Translations under genes and position numbers: made by a program | The notes under the pieces: model-generated | Database searches by the model: none | What the model was told of the DNA's origin: nothing | Seen by the model: the letters and a program-made list of their open reading frames with translations, nothing else | Part shown: one piece after another, positions 14,801 to 24,587 of the stretch | Layout of the letters: each line of letters begins with the position of its first letter | How positions within the stretch are numbered: the stretch's first letter is position 1 | Assembly (NCBI GenBank): GCA_040382515.1 | Contig: JBEIFH010000020.1 | Span: forward strand, 1-24,587 | Direction: 5' to 3' | Source: Chlamydiia bacterium | GTDB taxonomy: Bacteria; Chlamydiota; Chlamydiia; Chlamydiales; RGXB01 | Length of the DNA: 24,587 bases

Positions 14801-16057
14801 ATGGAAAAAAAACGGTTTAAAATTCACGCTCTTGGTTGCAGAACCAACCAGTACGAGGCCCAGGCCTTCCGCGATCAGCTCCTTACCTTAGGCTATGAGG
14901 AGGCTAAAGAGGGGCAAGAGGCGGACATCTGTATTGTAAATACCTGTACCGTGACCAAATCTGCAGACGAGAGAAGCAGGCACCAGGTGCGCTCTTTGAA
15001 CCGTGAAAACCCCAACTCAAAAATATTTGTGACCGGTTGCATGACCGAAAAACAGGCCCCTTCCCTTCTTGGAATTAGCGGAGTTGCGGGTGTTGTTAAA
15101 AACAAAGATAAAGAAAATCTTTTAAAAATTGCCCTTCCGGACCAGGAAGTCCCCGAATTCAAAATAGAGCGTTTTGAATCCCACACCAGAGCGTTTGTCA
15201 AAGTCCAGGACGGGTGCAACTCTTTTTGTTCCTACTGCATCATCCCCTACGTGCGGGGTCGATCCCGCTCACGGCGGCTCGATTCTATCCTGGATGAGGT
15301 GCAGGGGCTCGTAAAGAATGGGTATCACGAGATCGTTTTGACCGGTATCAATATCGGGGATTTCGATGGGGCGCCGCTTGAAGGAGAAAAACCGGTGCGC
15401 TTAAGTGAACTCACCCTTGCCGTAAGTAAAATAAATGGTGTTCGGCGTCTAAGAATTTCTTCCATCGATCCCGATGAGGTGGACGATGAGCTGATCGAGG
15501 TGATTAAGAATGCCCCTAATTGCGCTCCGTCGATGCATATTGTTCTGCAGTCCGGCTCCAACACAGTCTTAAAAAGGATGCGCCGCAAGTATACTGTGCA
15601 GCAATTTTTTGATTCGGTTGACCGTTTAAAACAGGCGATGCCCGATTTTACCTTCACAACAGATATAATTGTCGGCTTTCCTGGTGAAACGGAGGAGGAG
15701 TTTGAGGAGACTCTTGATGTGATGGAGAGGGTTGGATTTTTAAAAGTCCACATGTTCCCTTATTCAAAGAGAGAGGGGACGCTGGCCGCTCGCATGCCGG
15801 GCCATCTGGATCCAAAAGAGTTGAGCCGCCGCAAGGAGATTCTTTTGCAAAGGGCCGAAACGTTGGCCGCATCGCAGCGAGACTCCTATGTTGGGAAAGT
15901 GGTGGAGGTTTTGGTAGAATCTTTCAACCATGGTCATACAAATAATTTTATCCCGGTTCAAATTGAGGGTCCTCTTTTAGAGAAAAATCAATTTGTTCAG
16001 GTGCAAATCGTCGAAAATCAAAAAGAGGCTCTTACCGGTGTCGTGGTTTCAGTTTAA
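14801..16057 (+). CDS. mtaB: tRNA t6A37 methylthiotransferase MtaB (radical SAM)
   Basis: LGCRTNQYE, NTCTVT, VTGC, VKVQDGCNSFCSYC, LTGINIG and HMFPYSKREGT motifs. ATG at 14801 chosen because the upstream extension overlaps marC. Confidence 0.92.
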   Translation: MEKKRFKIHALGCRTNQYEAQAFRDQLLTLGYEEAKEGQEADICIVNTCTVTKSADERSRHQVRSLNRENPNSKIFVTGCMTEKQAPSLLGISGVAGVVKNKDKENLLKIALPDQEVPEFKIERFESHTRAFVKVQDGCNSFCSYCIIPYVRGRSRSRRLDSILDEVQGLVKNGYHEIVLTGINIGDFDGAPLEGEKPVRLSELTLAVSKINGVRRLRISSIDPDEVDDELIEVIKNAPNCAPSMHIVLQSGSNTVLKRMRRKYTVQQFFDSVDRLKQAMPDFTFTTDIIVGFPGETEEEFEETLDVMERVGFLKVHMFPYSKREGTLAARMPGHLDPKELSRRKEILLQRAETLAASQRDSYVGKVVEVLVESFNHGHTNNFIPVQIEGPLLEKNQFVQVQIVENQKEALTGVVVSV

Positions 16058-16872
16058 ACGTCCTATGTTCCCTATGTCGCGTCGAGCCCATTTGAGGGCT
16101 TTGTTGCCACAGACCGAGAAGATTTTTACCCTTTCGCACCATGCGATTGAAAGCGATGGGATGGAATGGGTTTTTCCAATTCCTTTAGATCGATCCTCTA
16201 TGAGCACCCAATTAGAATTGCACCGCGGGCAAATCAGATTGAACTATAAAAAAGATGGAAAGCAGAACCATATTTTGATCTCTTCAAAGGGGATTTATTC
16301 GGGTGCTGAGTGTCTAAAACCGGTAAGTTTGCTCCCTTCAGTGCAGCCTGCTCGGTTGGAGATATTAGATCTTGGATCACATAAAACTATTGATATAGAT
16401 GCCAGAGGAAGAAATATTCCGCTAGACCAGCTTTTGCCGGCATGGTTTTCTTTAGGGCAAATTGCGGGTTCCGGAGATCTGTTGAATGTTGAGAGATTAA
16501 AGGAGTTCTATTTTGATTTTTTTGAGGATCTTTTTTCCACCAAAGCACCTTATGCTTTACAAACGGGATACCGATCGATCCGCTCCTACTTTTTTCAACA
16601 AGATGGAACCCTGCTAAATTTTTTACCTGAACTCCCAAAAGGGTTGGATTCGGGCCGCTTACGCCTTTTTTCAAATGATTTGACCATTACACTTGAATGG
16701 TCTAAAAGGGAGGTGAAGAGGATCGTGATGCAGGCCCATGAAGAGGGTACATGGAAAATGAATTTTCCTAATAAATGCACTAGCATGCGTAGACGTTTGG
16801 ATCACAAGATGCAAGACGGGCCGGCAGTTGCGCCCAACACGATCTCCTTGAAAAAAGGGGAGTACGCATTTC

Positions 16873-16889
<17 letters not shown>
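16038..16889 (+). CDS. Hypothetical protein immediately upstream of glgB
   Basis: Long ORF overlapping both the mtaB stop and the glgB start. Likely GTG start at 16038 after AAGAGG. The C-terminal part has an FLPELP..LDSGRL...LEWSK pattern. Confidence 0.8.
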
Positions 16890-20962
<4,073 letters not shown>

Positions 20963-20964
20963 AT

Positions 20965-20992
20965 AAAAGCCCGCCTAGTTGGGCGGGCCTTA
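20965..20992. terminator. Intrinsic terminator between convergent ligA and miaB
   Basis: Stem GCCCGCCT (20969-20976) / GGGCGGGC (20981-20988), 4-nt loop, U-tract on the minus strand. Confidence 0.8.
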
Positions 20993-21018
20993 TAGAGAAT
21001 TGTTGCTTTCGGAACGTT

Positions 21019-22377
21019 TTAGGGAACAAGGATCTCTTTTGTGATCGTTCCTGTAAGAGTGCTATGGTTGAAACCGCTGATTGCGACCGTTTGCAAAGTT
21101 CCGATTAGGGAAGCATCGCCCTCCAGGACGACATTTTTCCAGCACCTTGTGGTACCTTTGAGTTGGCCGTGCTTATTTGTCCCTTCGATCAAAACTTCCA
21201 TCGGGGTGCCTACAAGTTCCATCCGCTCTTTTGCTGCTTTTTGTTCGTAGAGCTCGAGAAGGCGGTGGAGTCGCTGCTGTTTTACCTCTTCGGGAACATC
21301 GTCTTGCCAGCGCATAGCCGGTGTCCCTTTGCGAGGGCTGTAAGCAAAAATAAAGGCGACAGAAAATCCGATCTCATCAAAAAGTTGGTAAGTCTCTTCG
21401 AATTCGGCATCCGTTTCGGAGCAAAAACCTACAATGATGTCTGTCCCGAGTTTTGCTTTTGGGGCTATGGATCGGAGTAAAGCTACTTTTTCAAGGTACT
21501 GCTCTTTTGTATAAATCCGGTGCATTTTTTTCAAAATACGGTTTGAACCTGCCTGTAAAGGGAAGTGGACGAACTCGCAAACGGTTCTAAGATCACGCAC
21601 CGCTTCCATGAGCTGAACGCTGATGTCTATAGGGTGGGATGTCAGAAAGCGGACCCTTTCGAGCCCCTCGATCTTGTCGAGCCGGTAAAGGAGGTCATGG
21701 AATAAAATCCCTTTTTCGGAGAGATCTTTCCCATAACTGTTCACATTTTGGCCAAGGAGAGTGACCTCCTTATACCCCTTTTGAACCAGGTCGCGCACTT
21801 CGCGCTCAATCTCTTCGTGGGGGCGAGAAACCTCCTGCCCTCTTGTATAAGGAACCACACAGTAGGTGCAATACTTGTCGCAGCCACGTATGATCGATAC
21901 GTACCCTTTTACCTTATGCTCCCTCTCGGCAACGGTGTAGTCTAAAGCGTCGTATTCGCCCTCGGTGCGGATCTGTTGCCTACCGGATTCTATTACGTCG
22001 TCAAGAACGGTATTCAGCTCGGACAGGTTGTTTGTCCCTATCACAAAGTCGATGTGGGGGAGTTTTTTGAAAAGGGTCTCTTTTTTAGCCATGGCCATAC
22101 AGCCGGTAACACCAATCAGCTTGTTGCGCATCTTGGAGCGCCCTAGCTGTCCTAATTTACCCATGACCTTCCTCTCGGCAAGATCACGGATGGAGCAGGT
22201 GTTGAAAACCAGCAAATCGGCTAGCTCCTCGTCAAGAACTCTTTTTAATCCACGCCTTTTAAGCTGGCCCACCATGACTTCGCTCTCCAGCTCATTCATC
22301 TGGCAGCCGTACGTTCTAACAAAAAAAGTTTTTGGATCTTTTATTTTCATGAGGTTAAAGATTAGCTGAGAATCCAT
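21019..22377 (-). CDS. miaB: tRNA i6A37 methylthiotransferase MiaB (radical SAM)
   Basis: TYGCQMNE, NTCSIR, GCDKYCTYCVVPYTRG, LLGQNVNSY, FLTSHP and YSPRKGTPA motifs. Alternative start is the ATG at 22350. Confidence 0.96.
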   Translation of the reverse strand: MDSQLIFNLMKIKDPKTFFVRTYGCQMNELESEVMVGQLKRRGLKRVLDEELADLLVFNTCSIRDLAERKVMGKLGQLGRSKMRNKLIGVTGCMAMAKKETLFKKLPHIDFVIGTNNLSELNTVLDDVIESGRQQIRTEGEYDALDYTVAEREHKVKGYVSIIRGCDKYCTYCVVPYTRGQEVSRPHEEIEREVRDLVQKGYKEVTLLGQNVNSYGKDLSEKGILFHDLLYRLDKIEGLERVRFLTSHPIDISVQLMEAVRDLRTVCEFVHFPLQAGSNRILKKMHRIYTKEQYLEKVALLRSIAPKAKLGTDIIVGFCSETDAEFEETYQLFDEIGFSVAFIFAYSPRKGTPAMRWQDDVPEEVKQQRLHRLLELYEQKAAKERMELVGTPMEVLIEGTNKHGQLKGTTRCWKNVVLEGDASLIGTLQTVAISGFNHSTLTGTITKEILVP

Positions 22378-22416
22378 TTCTATACAAGACGCAGAAGGGA
22401 GGTTCTTAAAAGAAGC

Positions 22417-22445
22417 TTGTCTTAAATGGAAAAAAGGGGTACTAT
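22417..22445 (+). promoter_or_regulatory. Promoter of rplM-rpsI
   Basis: TTGTCT (22417-22422), 17-nt spacer, TACTAT (22440-22445). SD AAGGA precedes the ATG at 22466. Confidence 0.7.
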
Positions 22446-22465
22446 AGCCCCCAAAAAGGATCTAA

Positions 22466-22900
22466 ATGCAACCCAACTTGAAAATGACAAAAACTTTTCA
22501 AAGATCCGAAAGTAAAAAAAATACTTTCTTGATCAATGCTAAAGGTAAGACTCTTGGGCGCTTGTCTTCAGAGATCGCAAAAATTTTGACAGGCAAACAC
22601 AAACCTGTTTTCACTCCTAATGTGGATCTAGGTGATGCTGTTGTTGTCGTAAACGCGAGTCAAATCGTCGTTACCGGCACAAAAGAGGTAAATAAAATTT
22701 ATGGTTACCATACTGGTTGGATGGGAGGGCGCCGCGAGGTTCCATTCCGCACAATGAAAGAGCGTAACCCAGGATACATCATCGAGCACGCCGTTAAAGG
22801 GATGCTACCCAAAACGACCCTTGCTCACGAGCAGATCAAAAAACTCCGTGTCTTCAAAGACGAAAATCACGGAATGACTGCTGAAATGATAGAGCTATAA
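22466..22900 (+). CDS. rplM: 50S ribosomal protein L13
   Basis: GKTLGRLSSEIAKILTGKHKP, GDAVVVVNA, HTGWMGG and AVKGMLPK motifs. Confidence 0.97.
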   Translation: MQPNLKMTKTFQRSESKKNTFLINAKGKTLGRLSSEIAKILTGKHKPVFTPNVDLGDAVVVVNASQIVVTGTKEVNKIYGYHTGWMGGRREVPFRTMKERNPGYIIEHAVKGMLPKTTLAHEQIKKLRVFKDENHGMTAEMIEL

Positions 22901-22920
22901 GGATAAGGACTGGTTCAAAC

Positions 22921-23319
22921 ATGCAAAAACTTCAGGAAGTTGTCGCAATCGGAAGAAGAAAAACCGCTGTAGCCAGCGTCCGTCTCCGTCCTGCTACGAA
23001 AAACGAGATGATCGTCAACGATAGAAAGATGGATGAGTATTTTCCTATCCCCAGCCAAGTTCAAACTGCTCTGGCTCCGCTTAAGCTAGCTGAACTTTTA
23101 GACAAGTACGATATTTTTATTCGTGTTTGCGGTGGTGGACTCATGGCGCAAGCAGAGGCTGTCCGTTTGGGAGTTGCACGCGCAATTTTGATGGAAAACG
23201 AATTCCTCCGATCACAAATGAAATCCGAAGGGTATCTCCGCAGAGACCCAAGACGTAGAGAGCGTAAGAAGTACGGACAACGCGGTGCGCGTCGTCGCTT
23301 CCAGTTCTCCAAGCGTTAG
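22921..23319 (+). CDS. rpsI: 30S ribosomal protein S9
   Basis: GRRKTAVA, GGGLMAQAEA and RDPRRRERKKYGQRGARRRFQFSKR motifs. Confidence 0.97.
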   Translation: MQKLQEVVAIGRRKTAVASVRLRPATKNEMIVNDRKMDEYFPIPSQVQTALAPLKLAELLDKYDIFIRVCGGGLMAQAEAVRLGVARAILMENEFLRSQMKSEGYLRRDPRRRERKKYGQRGARRRFQFSKR

Positions 23320-23347
23320 TTTTCACTATATTACAGTATCAAATGCG

Positions 23348-23379
23348 AAAGATCCGCCTCTACAGCGGATCTTTTTTTT
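23348..23379 (+). terminator. Intrinsic terminator after rpsI (possibly bidirectional)
   Basis: AAAGATCCGC (23348-23357) / GCGGATCTTT (23365-23374) followed by a T-run. Confidence 0.88.
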
Positions 23380-23389
23380 GCCCTTTAGG

Positions 23390-24587
23390 TTACTTTATTA
23401 AAAAGCGTTCCTTAAGGTAGGTGAAATACCTATCGGAGCTCAGCGGTTGTTTTGTGGATTGCATCAGCAGTTCCTTAAGCGTTAAGCTGCTCCCATGCCC
23501 ATGGATGGATTCCTTAAGCCAGTTTCGGATGGGCTCAATTTCCCCATTTTCTAGAAGAGAAGAGAGGGGAAGCCCCTTTTTAAGGCAGTTGTATTGGTCA
23601 GCCGCATACATGCAGCCTGTAAGGTAGGTCGGGAAGTACCCAAAATAGCCGGCAGCCCAGTGGATATCCTGTAAACACCCTTCGGCATCATCTTTAATTT
23701 TGATTCCAAGCAGGTCTTGCTGGTAATTTTTAAATACCTCGGGTAAATCATCTACAGAAAGTTCATCCTCGATGAGTTGCTTTTCGATCTTTGTTCTAAA
23801 AATGATGTGTAGTGGGTAGGTAAATTCATCCGAATCGATGCGAATGGGATTGGGAACGATCGAGTGCCTCGAACGGATCATCTCTTCCAGGCTAATAGGC
23901 ATATGCTTGAGATGGGTGACGCATTTTTTGTAGATGTGAAAAAGAAATTCCCTCGATCCCCCTAGACAGGTCTCAAATAGCTTTGATTGACTTTCGTGAA
24001 CAGTGAGTGAAAGGGCCTGATTAAGAGGGTAGCTGAGATTGTGGGGGAGCTGTTGCTCGTACAGCGCATGACCTAGCTCATGCATAGTGGAAAAAAGGGC
24101 CTCAAAAAGATCGTCTGGGTTATACCGAGTGGTAAGCCGGACGTCTTGAGGTCCCAGCATATCGCAAAAAGGGTGAGTTGAACTAGCCAAAAGAGATCTG
24201 GGAGCAATCTCTTGAACAATTTCCTCGCAGATTTTTTTTTGTTCTTCAATTGTTGCTTCTAGGAAAATTGGGGAATGTTGGGGAAATTTTTTTTCTTTTA
24301 AAACGGTGTGGATTTGTTTTTCTAGGGGATTGAAAAGTTCCTCTATCTCTTTGTAGCAAAGATCGCGATCATAAAAAGAGAGCAATGCATCGTAACGGGA
24401 GCCCCCTTTTTTCAATTGGTCTGCCACCATTTGATTTAACTTGACCATCTTTTTCAGATCGGATTTGAAGAGGGAGAAATCTTTTTTTTCTCGGGCAATT
24501 CTCCAAGATGTGACTGATACCACAGAATGTTTAGCAAGTTCCTCAAGAAGTTCTTTTGGAAGGGAGTGTTTTTGTCTATCATCAATA
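23390..24587 (-). CDS. M32 family metallocarboxypeptidase (5' end beyond the right edge)
   Basis: HPFC, DVRLTTRY, HELGHALYEQ, HESQS, GCLQDIHW and GYFPTY motifs. The frame stays open to the window end. Confidence 0.93.
   Translation of the reverse strand, partial: IDDRQKHSLPKELLEELAKHSVVSVTSWRIAREKKDFSLFKSDLKKMVKLNQMVADQLKKGGSRYDALLSFYDRDLCYKEIEELFNPLEKQIHTVLKEKKFPQHSPIFLEATIEEQKKICEEIVQEIAPRSLLASSTHPFCDMLGPQDVRLTTRYNPDDLFEALFSTMHELGHALYEQQLPHNLSYPLNQALSLTVHESQSKLFETCLGGSREFLFHIYKKCVTHLKHMPISLEEMIRSRHSIVPNPIRIDSDEFTYPLHIIFRTKIEKQLIEDELSVDDLPEVFKNYQQDLLGIKIKDDAEGCLQDIHWAAGYFGYFPTYLTGCMYAADQYNCLKKGLPLSSLLENGEIEPIRNWLKESIHGHGSSLTLKELLMQSTKQPLSSDRYFTYLKERFLIK

Overview
Mostly housekeeping chromosomal segment of a bacterium, very probably an environmental member of the phylum Chlamydiota. 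This assignment is inferred from recalled gene order and protein features: glgA divergent from tRNA-Gln-rplY-pth-rpsF-rpsR-rplI-ispE with no ssb, rpmB next to a PLD-family gene, paired marC genes near map, a hypothetical gene in front of glgB, and a long chlamydial-type L28. Left to right: partial glgA(-), a small orphan ORF(-), tRNA-Gln, rplY-pth-rpsF-rpsR-rplI-ispE, an array of three 173-bp tandem repeats, hldD(rfaD)-hldE kinase, htpX(-) with a small membrane ORF, a structured leader plus small hypothetical gene, M20 peptidase, an Inc-like membrane/coiled-coil protein, map(-), truA(-), marC-rpmB-PLD-marC(-), mtaB, a hypothetical gene, glgB, ligA, miaB(-), rplM-rpsI and a partial M32 carboxypeptidase(-). 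No mobile element or CRISPR array is evident. The most unusual feature is the 3 x 173-bp array at 3995-4513. Each unit holds a promoter-like sequence, an SD and the first 17 codons of hldD. The three units carry three different -35 hexamers, and the first two end in an in-frame TAG, so they encode 17-aa micro-ORFs. It could be a recombination-tunable promoter cassette controlling ADP-heptose synthesis. Several candidate structured RNAs were also found by hand folding (rplY leader, 7731-7824, truA leader).
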